Shown: positions 9,032 to 18,353, numbered from the stretch's first letter. The stretch: 39,971 nt of DNA from a virus (IMGVR_UViG_3300049927_000070:1-39971); one strand, 5' to 3'. The notes: a model not told the origin generated them from the letters alone. Program-made: numbers and translations.

Positions 9032-9218
9032 TCGTCTGCGTCCTCTGGAGATGGGCTTGGGTGTGCTTCATACACATCGAGTATCCACCCACGTTATAGA
9101 TGATCTCCTGCGGGGCGTGGACGCCCTCGCTGAGGCACTGGACACATCCGGTTTGACTGCCTCCGCCTTCGGGTTTGGTGACAGCGCCGTAAATGAGGCT
9201 GGGGATAGGGCTTGGCAT
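9021..9218 (-). CDS. Small putative Zn-binding protein
   Basis: CVQC...CMKH; overlaps the next gene in operon fashion. Confidence 0.6.
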   Translation of the reverse strand: MPSPIPSLIYGAVTKPEGGGSQTGCVQCLSEGVHAPQEIIYNVGGYSMCMKHTQAHLQRTQTNVS

Positions 9219-9224
9219 GGGTTC

Positions 9225-9563
9225 CTAGCTGGGTCGAACGTACTGGGCGTCGGTGAACAGGTGTAGGCCCCGCAGGGAGGCCCCACATCCACAGTTCGGT
9301 GCCCGCTTGATGTAATAGATCTCGAACTCCGTCTCGACCGTATAGCCTGTCTTGTTGGTCCCGCTGAAGCTGGTCAAGAGCTCCTTGATCAGCATTTCCG
9401 GGCCGTCAGGGGTGTCCTCGATGGCATAGAGGTAGTTGTCAGTGACGACGGCCCGGATTTCCTCGCCTAGAAGCGTAGCGTCCGTGGCGAAGTTCACAAC
9501 TGAGACGCTGGCCGGGAAGAGGTCTAGGTAGAGCAGGGTGGCCGGTTCTAGGTCCAGACTCAA
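9225..9563 (-). CDS. Hypothetical protein with CGCG motif
   Basis: 112 aa, 4-nt overlap with the upstream gene. Confidence 0.7.
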   Translation of the reverse strand: MSLDLEPATLLYLDLFPASVSVVNFATDATLLGEEIRAVVTDNYLYAIEDTPDGPEMLIKELLTSFSGTNKTGYTVETEFEIYYIKRAPNCGCGASLRGLHLFTDAQYVRPS

Positions 9564-10072
9564 GAGGCCTTGTCCCGCTTCTCCAAGCGCTGGGCAATGG
9601 CACGACGGGAGACGCCACAGGCCACCTTGAGCGTGTTCAAAGAGGCACCCCGCTCCTTGTGGTAATGCAGGAGTTCTTCGAGCTCCAGAGCGGCTTCACG
9701 GGCCGGGGAGTCGGAGTCGGTGAACCGGCGCACCTTGGAGGCTTCGCGGGCCAAGACGTACATCTTTGTCGACTCTTCGTCCGAAAGCTCGTAGCGCAGG
9801 TAGATGGGCTTCACCTGATCATCGATGGATTTGGGCAGCTGCTCGGTGACGGGCAGCGGTGAGTTCTCGGGAACCTTGTTCTCCCAGATCTGCACGATCG
9901 AGCGTGAGACGCCCAGAGGCTGTGAAATGGCACGAAGCGGCCACTTGTTTTTGCGCAGCGAGGCGACGTATTCGTAGAAGGCTGGGCGGTCGGTGTCTCG
10001 GAGCCGCTTCAACTGCGCTACGGTAGCATCGGAGAGCTCCGGTAGGGTTGATTTTTCTGTCATGGTATTCAT
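9560..10072 (-). CDS. Tandem helix-turn-helix DNA-binding protein
   Basis: WPLRAISQPLGVSRSIVQIW and ASLNTLKVACGVSRRAIAQRL; AAGGAG SD. Confidence 0.75.
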   Translation of the reverse strand: MNTMTEKSTLPELSDATVAQLKRLRDTDRPAFYEYVASLRKNKWPLRAISQPLGVSRSIVQIWENKVPENSPLPVTEQLPKSIDDQVKPIYLRYELSDEESTKMYVLAREASKVRRFTDSDSPAREAALELEELLHYHKERGASLNTLKVACGVSRRAIAQRLEKRDKAS

Positions 10073-10079
10073 GCTCCTT

Positions 10080-10107
10080 AGTATATCAGGTTATTGCGTG
10101 TTGTCAA
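10080..10107 (-). promoter_or_regulatory. Sigma-70/SigA-type promoter
   Basis: TTGACA-N16-TATACT upstream of the HTH gene. Confidence 0.7.
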
Positions 10108-10891
10108 GGTTTGACAACGCTTCGGCGACCCAGTCGGGTTTGAGGGTGACGGTATGTTTGACGAGCCTGCCGGTACCCTGATCCAGTCCGTAAACATGGG
10201 CGGGGGTCCTGTCCTCGTCCTCGTGCCGGAAGGACCCGAACATCGCCATGTGGTAGTGGCCATGAAACACAAGACGGGGCGTGACGACGTCGGTGACGCG
10301 TTGCAGGGTCCTGCGGTGCTCGTTACACATGAACACCATGTCACCGCCGAAGTGTCGGGAGGCCTCGGCCTGTCCGTAGGGGTCGTCGGTCACCGAGTTG
10401 GGGGCGGTGAGGGGGCTGTCGTGGGCGAGAAGGATGTCCACCTTACCTCCAGCGATCGCAGCCTGTATGTCATCCTCGGTGATCAGTTCCTCGGGCCACC
10501 AGCTGTGTCCTTTGCGCCGGAAGGGCTTGTCGATGGACGCTGCCCCTCCGAGCGCGAGGGCACTGTAACCCTCCCATGTGAAGCGGAAGCCCCGTGGGAG
10601 GTGGAAGATGTGGTCCCGTACCTTGCGGGTACCGTCCTCTTGAACCTTCTTGGCGTAGAGGCGCGGAAAATTCTCGTGGTTGCCGTCGATGAAATACAGG
10701 ACAATGTCGTGCTCGGCCAGACGCTTCTCCAGCTTGATGAGATAGGGCTTGTCGTCTTCCCAGATACCGAAGTCGCCCAGCTGGATGATCGTCTTGATGC
10801 CCTCGCGGACGGCGTAGTCGATGACATTCAACGCCTGTGGGGCGTTTCCATGCCAGTCGCCTGCGAGCACGACATTGCCTGTGAGTTCCAT
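10091..10891 (-). CDS. Calcineurin-like metallophosphoesterase
   Basis: GDWHGN, GDFG, DGNHE, AHDSP and HGHYH motifs. Confidence 0.9.
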   Translation of the reverse strand: MELTGNVVLAGDWHGNAPQALNVIDYAVREGIKTIIQLGDFGIWEDDKPYLIKLEKRLAEHDIVLYFIDGNHENFPRLYAKKVQEDGTRKVRDHIFHLPRGFRFTWEGYSALALGGAASIDKPFRRKGHSWWPEELITEDDIQAAIAGGKVDILLAHDSPLTAPNSVTDDPYGQAEASRHFGGDMVFMCNEHRRTLQRVTDVVTPRLVFHGHYHMAMFGSFRHEDEDRTPAHVYGLDQGTGRLVKHTVTLKPDWVAEALSNLDNTQ

Positions 10892-10894
10892 GTG

Positions 10895-12391
10895 TTAGAT
10901 GCTTCCGTTGCGTTCGAGGATACCGGTGGTGCGCTTGACGTTGGCGCGGACATCGGCGAAGGAGTACGTCTTGAGGAACTTGCCGTTCTCCCAGACGGGC
11001 TGGATGACGGAGTTCTTGATCTGGTCGTCCGTGGCCTTCTGGATGAGGTACAGGTTTCCGTCTGCCATGTGGGCGACCGCCAATCGACCCGTGGCCGACT
11101 TCTTGGTGCCGTCGTCCGTCTTCGGGTCCTTGAAGATGTTCCGGCCTTCGCCGTTGACCTCAACGTAGGTGGCCTTGACGGCGGAGCCGAAGGTGTCGCG
11201 GGTCACCATCTGGTAGGAGTAGGATCCGATACCGGCCACCCAGTTGGTGGAGGCGAAGCCCTTGGCCTTGAGACGGGAGTTGATGTCCTCAATGCGCTCC
11301 TTGTACATACCGTCGCCGTAGATTAGGCCGATATGAGAATCTAGTTCCAGATATCCAGATTCGTTCTCAGTACCGCCGAAGGTGTCCCACAGGAGCTCGA
11401 TAGCGCCCAACTGCTCTGGGTCAGTCTCATTCCGGTATTCTCCTGCGAGGGCTGTTCCGCAGATGATGTCAGCCGGGTCGCCGGAGTCCGGGCGGATGAC
11501 TAACTTACCGTCGCGGGCCAAGATCTCGTCCTTGAGGACGGGAAGGTATTCGGTGAGTACCTTGAAGAGGTCCCACGTGTCGGCCACGATGGACAGGATC
11601 CCGGTCGGGAAGGTCTTGAGCAGGCGGCGGAAGGTCTCGATCTCGTCTTCCTTACCACCGGCACACATCACGGAGTGCTCCGTGGCAGGGACGGAGGCGG
11701 CGATCAGGCCGTTGTCCTCGCCGGGGTAGTAGTAATTGACCCACGGCACAGCCGGTACAGCGTCGGAGCCGAAGAAGGAGGTCAGGTGTGCGGCACCGGA
11801 GGATGCTGCGGCCTCGCGGTTGACCTGTCCACGGTAGGAGAAGTCGTGCAGCTGGAAGTCGACGGCACCGGGGGCACCACCAGTCTCGCGAGCGGCCTTC
11901 TCGAAGGAGCGGCGCAGAGCCCATGCAAGGGTTGCCACGGTGGACGTGTGCCAGATGCCAGCGGAGAGGTCGGACTCAAGGTAGTTGACCAGCCATGCGA
12001 AGTCCTTGTGGGTGGACTTGATCAGGATGGACGGGACGCCGATGGGGACAAGCGTACCTTCCGGGACCTGAGAGAACTGGATCGGCAGGTAGCCGAGGTC
12101 GTGCAGGTCCTCAAGCTCGGTCAGGCTGTAGCCGGGGGAGACGAAGGTCTCGGTGTTCTTCCTGAACTCCTCGATGACCGTGTCCTTGTCGGCAGCAAAG
12201 AACGCCTCGTAGGATTCGGTGAGGTCCGTGAGCCATGCCTGAAGGCCGAAGTTCACGACGTGGTTGACGCCGTCGACGCGGGACTTGCGGTTGGTGTAGT
12301 TGGACTCTACGTGCTCCAAGCCCTCGGGGTACATGTCTTTGTGAGACAATTTGTAACTATCCGTGCGGAGAAGCGGGTTAATCGTAAACAT
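10895..12391 (-). CDS. nadV: Nicotinamide phosphoribosyltransferase-family protein (probably the NARP1 Namat)
   Basis: TDSYKLSH, LHDFSYRG, SVPATEHSVM, SIVADTWD, VIRPDSGDP, LIYGDG, TRDTFGSAVKAT and KDPKTDDGTKKSATG motifs. Confidence 0.92.
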   Translation of the reverse strand: MFTINPLLRTDSYKLSHKDMYPEGLEHVESNYTNRKSRVDGVNHVVNFGLQAWLTDLTESYEAFFAADKDTVIEEFRKNTETFVSPGYSLTELEDLHDLGYLPIQFSQVPEGTLVPIGVPSILIKSTHKDFAWLVNYLESDLSAGIWHTSTVATLAWALRRSFEKAARETGGAPGAVDFQLHDFSYRGQVNREAAASSGAAHLTSFFGSDAVPAVPWVNYYYPGEDNGLIAASVPATEHSVMCAGGKEDEIETFRRLLKTFPTGILSIVADTWDLFKVLTEYLPVLKDEILARDGKLVIRPDSGDPADIICGTALAGEYRNETDPEQLGAIELLWDTFGGTENESGYLELDSHIGLIYGDGMYKERIEDINSRLKAKGFASTNWVAGIGSYSYQMVTRDTFGSAVKATYVEVNGEGRNIFKDPKTDDGTKKSATGRLAVAHMADGNLYLIQKATDDQIKNSVIQPVWENGKFLKTYSFADVRANVKRTTGILERNGSI

Positions 12392-12425
12392 TGTTCCCTT
12401 TCAATTGTCTTATGTCGTTGGTCTA

Positions 12426-12454
12426 AATGTATCTATGTATCTTTAGATTGTCAA
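12426..12454 (-). promoter_or_regulatory. SigA-type promoter for the NAMPT-like gene
   Basis: TTGACA-N17-TACATT; the spacer contains a GATACATAGATACAT repeat. Confidence 0.6.
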
Positions 12455-13350
12455 ATCGAGATACGGTCAAGCAGCGGACGGATGATGTCGATGCGCCGGA
12501 ACACGTCCCTCGACAACTGGTCGCCGAAGTCTCCGTGGTCATCCAGCAGGCGCAGCGGGGCGTAGGAGTTGGTGGTGAAGATGTTGACGAAACTCTGGGG
12601 CAGGTTCCGCAGGGCATCCTTGGAGAAGATGCCGTGCGAGACATAGAGGTCCAGCTTGACGCCTTCCGGAACGACTCCGGCCAGCCCGAGGAAGGTCCCT
12701 CCGGCGTCGCAGATGTCATCCACTATCAGAAAGTGTCCGGTCTCCGGGCGCTCGATGCTGAAGCCCGAGAGCTTGCCGGTCTCGAAGTCTCGCTGCTTCT
12801 CGGCAGTGTAGAGTGGGATCCCGAAGGCACCGGCGACGCCGGAAGCCCTGCCGTGTGCACCCTTGTCCGGGGCGATGATACCGTCGTACTTGTTCGGCAT
12901 GACGATCCCGGCATTGCGGGTGTTCAGGAGCTCTTCGGGGTAGACGACGGTGAGTATGGCGTCATCGTACTGACACATTTTCAGCTGCTCCACGATGGTC
13001 GAGGAGTGCGGGTCGTAGGTGATGACCTGATCGATCCACAGTTCGCCGATGAAGTCCGCGTAGACGTTGGCCCCGAAGGGCCTCCCTCGGTCGGCACGTG
13101 CGCCGGGGAGGTAGGGGGCGATGAGAACGGATTTGGAATTTTCGATGAGGACGTAGTTAGCCCACATGGCCAGTTCGAACAGGTCGTCGTGCATGGAGTA
13201 AGCATCGGGCTGGAAGATGGCGATCTCGACAGGTTCGAGTTCGCGCTGCTCCTCACGCTTGATGTGCTTCTCGCCTGCCGGGAAAGTGAAGCCTGAGAGG
13301 GCGGAGTTGATGATCTCGCCGTTGGACGTGCGGGCCTTGAATGTAATCAT
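12451..13350 (-). CDS. prs: Ribose-phosphate pyrophosphokinase-family protein (probably the NARP1 Adps)
   Basis: FPAGEKH, PYLPGARADR, DPHS, IAPDKGA, KQRDFETG, IVDDICDAGGTF and LYVSHGIFS motifs. Start moved to ATG 13350 because the longer start overlaps the next gene. Confidence 0.9.
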   Translation of the reverse strand: MITFKARTSNGEIINSALSGFTFPAGEKHIKREEQRELEPVEIAIFQPDAYSMHDDLFELAMWANYVLIENSKSVLIAPYLPGARADRGRPFGANVYADFIGELWIDQVITYDPHSSTIVEQLKMCQYDDAILTVVYPEELLNTRNAGIVMPNKYDGIIAPDKGAHGRASGVAGAFGIPLYTAEKQRDFETGKLSGFSIERPETGHFLIVDDICDAGGTFLGLAGVVPEGVKLDLYVSHGIFSKDALRNLPQSFVNIFTTNSYAPLRLLDDHGDFGDQLSRDVFRRIDIIRPLLDRISI

Positions 13351-13356
13351 GAAGTA

Positions 13357-13385
13357 AGCATATCCTTGTATATTTATTCTGTCAA
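13357..13385 (-). promoter_or_regulatory. Leaderless SigA-type promoter for the PRPS-like gene
   Basis: TTGACA-N17-TATGCT-N6-ATG. Confidence 0.7.
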
Positions 13386-13630
13386 AATCCGGTACGGTTT
13401 CGCGGGACGAAGTCGCATTCAAGCTTGTAGGTCTGCGCAAGAAGGTCCCCGCGACCCAGCATCATCCATATCTGGGTCGCGTGGACCAAATCGTGCGCGT
13501 TCTGGAATGCAGGGGCGAGGCGGATCTCTTCGCCTTTGCCCATGGTGTTTCCGTTGGGGGCCTTGACTACCCAGTGGTATTTGCCGTTCTTGAAGTACAC
13601 ACGGCCTTTGAGGTCTGGAGTGATAAGCAT
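13382..13630 (-). CDS. Small protein, possibly YegP/DUF1508-like
   Basis: GKYHWVVKAPNGNTMGKGE motif; preceded by TTGACA-N16-TATGAT-N6-ATG (13637-13664). Confidence 0.6.
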   Translation of the reverse strand: MLITPDLKGRVYFKNGKYHWVVKAPNGNTMGKGEEIRLAPAFQNAHDLVHATQIWMMLGRGDLLAQTYKLECDFVPRNRTGF

Positions 13631-13647
13631 ACGCTAATCATACCCAG

Positions 13648-13767
13648 CTATTCGAAAATGTCAACCGTTCCGGTCGCGGGGTCGACGTCGTAGAAGGCTC
13701 GACCGATGAAGGGCGGGCGGTAGATGTCTGCGGGGTCCAGCTGCGGGCGCTCGGTGGGCTCAGTCAT
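13648..13767 (-). CDS. 39-aa hypothetical protein
   Basis: [39 protein letters not shown]; fills the gap and overlaps the SLOG stop. Below the ORF-track cutoff. Confidence 0.5.
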   Translation of the reverse strand: MTEPTERPQLDPADIYRPPFIGRAFYDVDPATGTVDIFE

Positions 13768-14134
13768 CGCTGGTCTCCGTGAACCGGAAGGTCGGGATCA
13801 AGGCCTTCTCCGCGAGATTGGCGGTCATGGTTGCGCCCTTGGAGCCGTTCTTGATGAAGGCGAAGCAGACGTCCGCTCCGAGGGATACCATTTCGGCATT
13901 GCGGACGAACCCTGCCTGCTTGCCGAGGGACCAGTCTGCGGGGTGGGATTCGATCGGGAAGCCCTGCCGGTCCCAGACCTCCTCGGCAATGGCGTCGGCC
14001 CCGGTGCGGCAGGACCCAGACACGAGGACGATGTCGTCGGGGTGTCCAGCGACGATCCATGCGCCCCTGAGGACTTCGGTGATCTTGTTGATGTCAGTCC
14101 AGTCGCGGGAGCCCGTGATGAGGATGCGCGTCAT
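13760..14134 (-). CDS. SLOG/YspA-like (DUF2493) nucleotide-binding protein
   Basis: [32 protein letters not shown] and SKGA motifs. Confidence 0.85.
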   Translation of the reverse strand: MTRILITGSRDWTDINKITEVLRGAWIVAGHPDDIVLVSGSCRTGADAIAEEVWDRQGFPIESHPADWSLGKQAGFVRNAEMVSLGADVCFAFIKNGSKGATMTANLAEKALIPTFRFTETSDD

Positions 14135-14424
14135 TTGTCCCTCAGGGTGTGCTGGATATCTTGGGCGATCTTGGCCGCAGCCTCCTTGGCGTCCGTCTCA
14201 GCATTGTTGATGGTGATGTAGAAGTTCTGCATGGTCTTTACGGCCCATTTTTCGGCCTTGTAGTTCTGGTAGGCGTCCCACGTCAGCCATGCGCTGAGAA
14301 TCACACCGATGAGGGCGAAGATGATGCCGATGACGGATCCTTCAACAATGTATGTAATGAAAGAGTAGATGTTGGCCACCAGCAGGACGGCCCAAAAAAT
14401 AACTGTATAGCGTTTAGATGCCAT
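14131..14424 (-). CDS. Membrane protein (2 TM helices)
   Basis: Two hydrophobic helices; 4-nt overlap with the next gene. Confidence 0.7.
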   Translation of the reverse strand: MASKRYTVIFWAVLLVANIYSFITYIVEGSVIGIIFALIGVILSAWLTWDAYQNYKAEKWAVKTMQNFYITINNAETDAKEAAAKIAQDIQHTLRDK

Positions 14425-14442
14425 GATTTCCTAGGATTGTTA

Positions 14443-14592
14443 TTACAGTTTACGGAAAGTGTCGAACTTCTTGTGCATCGTCTTCTGTGCCTTGAAGACG
14501 CGTACGAAAACGTAGGCGGCAAAGGTGACGACACATAGGAAGAACAGGACGGTGATACAAATGATGAGGCCGAAGAGCGGGGCGAAGTCCAT
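14443..14592 (-). CDS. Small membrane protein (49 aa)
   Basis: MDFAPLFGLIICITVLFFLCVVTFAAYVFVRVFK...; fills the gap. Confidence 0.55.
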   Translation of the reverse strand: MDFAPLFGLIICITVLFFLCVVTFAAYVFVRVFKAQKTMHKKFDTFRKL

Positions 14593-14594
14593 GG

Positions 14595-14918
14595 TCAGTG
14601 CTTCTTATCGCAGGTGCACTCAACGAAGCTGACGCACTTCTTTGTCTCGGCTGCTACGCGCTCGCGCTCGTATTCGATTCTTTGCCCGGTGAAGTAGTTT
14701 AGGGTTTTGACTTCGCGGTTGTCGTATTCGGCTTGCTCGCGGAGGTGGACAAGATTTTCGCGGATATCGGTCAGGTAATCGACCTTGTGGATGCGCTTGC
14801 GGGCGAGGGTGCGGTCACTGTTGAGGATGCGGATCTGTTCCGACTGGACCCAGTCGAGGACGATTTTGAGTTCTGCTGTCGGAATGACGACGGGCTCTAG
14901 GATTTCGTTTTCGGACAA
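14595..14918 (-). CDS. Hypothetical protein
   Basis: Probable TTG start after the DUF3307 stop; C-terminal Cys/His residues. Confidence 0.6.
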   Translation of the reverse strand: MSENEILEPVVIPTAELKIVLDWVQSEQIRILNSDRTLARKRIHKVDYLTDIRENLVHLREQAEYDNREVKTLNYFTGQRIEYERERVAAETKKCVSFVECTCDKKH

Positions 14919-14929
14919 GATGTTTCTTT

Positions 14930-15313
14930 CTAGGTAAGCCACGTGAGGGCGGCAGCGTTGATCAGGATGTGGACGATGTTGTCGCTGAGAATGAGTAACC
15001 AAACAGCCATCCAGTCCGGCTTGTCCGGGCCATAGCCGGTGGCGGTCATCGGCGGGCGGAAGGCCTTGGGGGCGAACTGGTTCTTGAACCAGACCAGATA
15101 CTTCGCCAGACGGTAGCGGTCGATCACGATGTGAGTGCCGCCGATGACCAGTAGCGCGAGCGGCGACTGGGTCAGGAAGGCGAACGGGATGGTGTAGGTG
15201 ATGCCGTGCAGGATGGCCGGGAGCCAGCGCTTGACCTTCTCCTGCGCCATGTAGTCGGTCTGGAGAAGGTAGTCGCCGACGAAGTGTGCCGCGAGGGCGT
15301 AGAGGAGAATCAT
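14930..15313 (-). CDS. DUF3307-like membrane protein
   Basis: AHFVGDYLLQT, LHGITY, THIVIDR and DNIVH motifs. Confidence 0.8.
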   Translation of the reverse strand: MILLYALAAHFVGDYLLQTDYMAQEKVKRWLPAILHGITYTIPFAFLTQSPLALLVIGGTHIVIDRYRLAKYLVWFKNQFAPKAFRPPMTATGYGPDKPDWMAVWLLILSDNIVHILINAAALTWLT

Positions 15314-15627
15314 TGATTCAGTTCCGTAAATATTGCCTCGGCCTCTTCGTCGGTGTACGCGCTGAAGGTTCCGCCGGTGTTCCTGACGATCCAGTAGTCA
15401 TCCGAGGCGAAGAACTCGCCTCTCTGGAGGTAGTAGTAGTACACGTCCCGAGAGTCGACCCCGTCATACAGGTTGGCCCCGCACCATTCGGAAGCGGCCT
15501 TGTACTCGTCGGCGTACTTCTGGTACTCCTCGCTGCTGATGTCGTTGTCGTAGTTAGTGTCGGGCGTGGGCGGGAGCCTGAAGGCATCCCTGACCAGCAC
15601 TTTCAGAACAACTTGGGTTGCAGGCAT
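15310..15627 (-). CDS. Hypothetical protein
   Basis: 105 aa in operon; C-terminal DYWIVRNTGGTFSAY..E..AIF. Confidence 0.65.
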   Translation of the reverse strand: MPATQVVLKVLVRDAFRLPPTPDTNYDNDISSEEYQKYADEYKAASEWCGANLYDGVDSRDVYYYYLQRGEFFASDDYWIVRNTGGTFSAYTDEEAEAIFTELNQ

Positions 15628-15842
15628 TCGTCCTCCTCTGGTTGGGGTTGGTTCTCGTCCTCTACGAAGAAGTCACGACCGGGACGGCCCACGCTGCCCC
15701 ATGCGGCGATCCAGTGGCCGTTGACATGGATCTCCGGTGGGCAGGGGCGCTCCACTTGCCACGGGTGCCAGCAGTCGGTGTCGGTCAGGATCATCTCCTG
15801 CTTGCAGGAGGCGCAGGTGCCGAGCCTCGCTTCGCCGCTCAT
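15603..15842 (-). CDS. Hypothetical Cys-containing protein
   Basis: CASC...CWH...CP; operonic position. Confidence 0.55.
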   Translation of the reverse strand: MSGEARLGTCASCKQEMILTDTDCWHPWQVERPCPPEIHVNGHWIAAWGSVGRPGRDFFVEDENQPQPEEDECLQPKLF

Positions 15843-15976
15843 GCGAGGAAGATGAGCATCAGTACGGTGAGCAGGACGTTGTCCCCGAACCAGTGCCACA
15901 ACAGGACTGCGGGCTCAAAGGCTAGGGACTGGAGGATGCAGGTGAGAAGCCAGACAAGAATCATTGTATTCTTTCG

Positions 15977-16438
15977 TTAATCGGTGGTTGAGTTCAGTGC
16001 TTCGGCAAGCTTGCGGACAGCTGCATCGAATTCGTATTCGGCGATCTCGATCGCGGCTGCGCCGTTCGGGTTGTCGGGCCGCAGGTCGAAGTCCAGCTGT
16101 GCGCCGACGACCTTGTTGGCGGCTCGGATGGCCGTGGAGCGCAGGACGCCGATGTTAGGGGCGGGCTTTGGTTCTGGTGTCGGATGCGTGATCCGCAGCA
16201 GGTGGTAGGTGGTCGAGTCTGTGGAGTTGATCTGCTTGTAGCTGCCGTCCGTGAACTCGATCTTCGCCCCGCACTGGTTCCAGTTATCCTTACCGTCGCT
16301 GGTCTCGTAAGGGGCGACTGCGGCGATCGTGCCGAGACGGTGCATGGCGGAGGCGTGCTTCTCCATGCAGTACAGAACGGCTCCGATGTCTTTGTAGGCA
16401 ATCGTGGACGGGGTGATCCTGTTGAAACTGTGTGACAT
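15977..16438 (-). CDS. Hypothetical protein
   Basis: Start overlaps the upstream stop; phage-like codon use. Confidence 0.65.
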   Translation of the reverse strand: MSHSFNRITPSTIAYKDIGAVLYCMEKHASAMHRLGTIAAVAPYETSDGKDNWNQCGAKIEFTDGSYKQINSTDSTTYHLLRITHPTPEPKPAPNIGVLRSTAIRAANKVVGAQLDFDLRPDNPNGAAAIEIAEYEFDAAVRKLAEALNSTTD

Positions 16439-16722
16439 CAGACCCACACCCAGTCGGTGACCGTACGCTCGCGGGTCTCTGCCGGGGAGAATCTGCCGTA
16501 GGTGTTCAACCCGTAGGTGAAGTCCGTCTCGGCCATGAAATAGGTTCGGGAGCGCTTGCCGAAGAAGATGATGATCGCCATGGTGTCTGTCGGGACCCGC
16601 TCGAAGTGTGCAGGATTCGGTGTGGGTGCGGAGGATCCTCGGTGGGCTGAGAAGAGTCGGTTGAGGGTTGACTGTTCCTCGAAGACGACGGCGTAGTCGA
16701 TGTCAGTGGTGGCGTGGGTCAT
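16438..16722 (-). CDS. Hypothetical protein
   Basis: 94 aa, operonic. Confidence 0.6.
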   Translation of the reverse strand: MTHATTDIDYAVVFEEQSTLNRLFSAHRGSSAPTPNPAHFERVPTDTMAIIIFFGKRSRTYFMAETDFTYGLNTYGRFSPAETRERTVTDWVWV

Positions 16723-17117
16723 TTCTTGATCTTGTCTTTCAGTATTTTCATCAGCCGGATGAAGTCCGACTCTGGTTTCGGGCCTTGGAACGTGTCACGG
16801 GAGGCCTTGAGGTCACGCTTGAATAACGGGTACAGAATTCCCGCGACCACCAAGGCAAGGATGAGGGCTATCAGTAAGTTATCCATGCTGTCCTTTGGTT
16901 GGTCTCCTGTAAGTATATGCAGGAATCAAGTTTTCGTCAATAGTTAGGGTGGATATGTTGAAAAAGACGCGGTTTCAAGGCAAAATGACGGTATTTTCTT
17001 GTAAATGTGCCGTAAATACGGGGCACACAAAAGCCTCCGGAGAAGGTGGAAGAGCATCTCGGGAGGCCTTTGTGGGGCTATTTAGTTGACAAGTATATAT
17101 GTTTATAGGTATTTTTG

Positions 17118-17444
17118 CTAAATTTTGGGCGCATTTTCCTCATGCACCCTGTCGAGTTCCCCCATGGAGACATCGCGGAAGCGCTCAAGGATCCTCTTGC
17201 CGAGGTCGAGGCCCTTCAGACGCTCGGCACTGAGGTGCCCGGTGAGCCCTTCGAGTGCCTTGTCGTAGCTGTCGAGGATCAGATCCCACATCTGGGCCTC
17301 TGCGAGCCTCAGATTCTCGCTGATGAGGTCCGCAAACTCCTCCTTCTCGACAATGACGTGCGTCTCGGCGAGCATCTGGAGTGTCATGCGGGCCAGACGG
17401 GCGACTTCCTCGGGACTGGTCTTCTTTTCGGGTTCAGGCGTCAA
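17118..17444 (-). CDS. Hypothetical protein
   Basis: 108 aa, predicted helical. Confidence 0.65.
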   Translation of the reverse strand: MTPEPEKKTSPEEVARLARMTLQMLAETHVIVEKEEFADLISENLRLAEAQMWDLILDSYDKALEGLTGHLSAERLKGLDLGKRILERFRDVSMGELDRVHEENAPKI

Positions 17445-17760
17445 CGGTCACACCGTTCTGGAGCATGCCGAGGGCGATTTCTCGGGCTTCCTCGCGGTTG
17501 TGGTCGGTGTTTTCGAGGATGATGGTGATCATCCGCTCCATTTCGGGCGAAATATTCAGGTCCCGGATGGTCATGGCGATCGAGTAGAGCTCTTGGGCCT
17601 TGATCCGGAGCTCGTCATAGCTGAGGGAGGCCCCGGAACGTGTCAGGGAGGTGTTTCCGCAGACAAAACGGTCATCCTCGACGGTGACCTCGGGAAGATC
17701 GGCCAGATCGAAGATCACGAGGCCGTTTACATTAAATTCTGTGGGATATTCGCTAGTCAT
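17434..17760 (-). CDS. Hypothetical protein
   Basis: 108 aa, AAGGA SD. Confidence 0.65.
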   Translation of the reverse strand: MTSEYPTEFNVNGLVIFDLADLPEVTVEDDRFVCGNTSLTRSGASLSYDELRIKAQELYSIAMTIRDLNISPEMERMITIILENTDHNREEAREIALGMLQNGVTVDA

Positions 17761-17821
17761 TATACGGTTCCTTAGGCATTAGAAGGTGGTTGAGAGAGAG
17801 AGAGTGGCATGAAAAACTAGC

Positions 17822-18037
17822 CTATACGAAGAGAGATTCGAGCCGGTAGACTTCCCGGCACACGGTGCGGGACCATGCTCGGCCCGCCAGCGGGTCCTCG
17901 AAGAGGTCCGCGAGCGAAAGGAAGTCATCCAGCATGTCGAGCGAGACGGTTCCGTCGTAGAATCCGTAGAGAGTGATGAAATCTGCGCGTGCTGACGCGA
18001 TCCCCGCCCGGATTGAGACCATTGAAGCGATGTCCAT
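17822..18037 (-). CDS. Hypothetical protein
   Basis: 71 aa, AGGA SD. Confidence 0.55.
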   Translation of the reverse strand: MDIASMVSIRAGIASARADFITLYGFYDGTVSLDMLDDFLSLADLFEDPLAGRAWSRTVCREVYRLESLFV

Positions 18038-18353
18038 TGTTTCCTAGTGTGTATCAAGGTAATAATGCCACGAATCGCCCCTCAGCGCCTGACTCCGTGA
18101 CAACTTGGTTGTATATCTTACAAGTCTAGTCTCACGAGAGTAACTAGTCCAGACCTGTTGTGATACATATGTCAAAAGGTAGGCCATACATATGTCAACT
18201 GGACCATATAAGCAGACTTAATTCGTGACTGGGACTACCCTAGCAGCACTTGGGGTGTGCTCTAAACCCTTATTCGGCGTGTCGCAGAACATTCCTCCAA
18301 CCTGTTTAGTTAACTACTCACGAGTAGTCATCTGGGCGGGTAAAGACGGGCAC

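Noticed and set aside
10154-13296. Plus-strand ORFs of 289-390 aa
   Set aside because: Antisense to the clearly identifiable phosphoesterase, NAMPT-like and PRPS-like genes.
10895-13350. NARP2 (Nampt plus Nmnat) or plain host salvage operon
   Set aside because: No HxGH nucleotidyltransferase gene in the window; the partner is PRPS-like and the context is phage.
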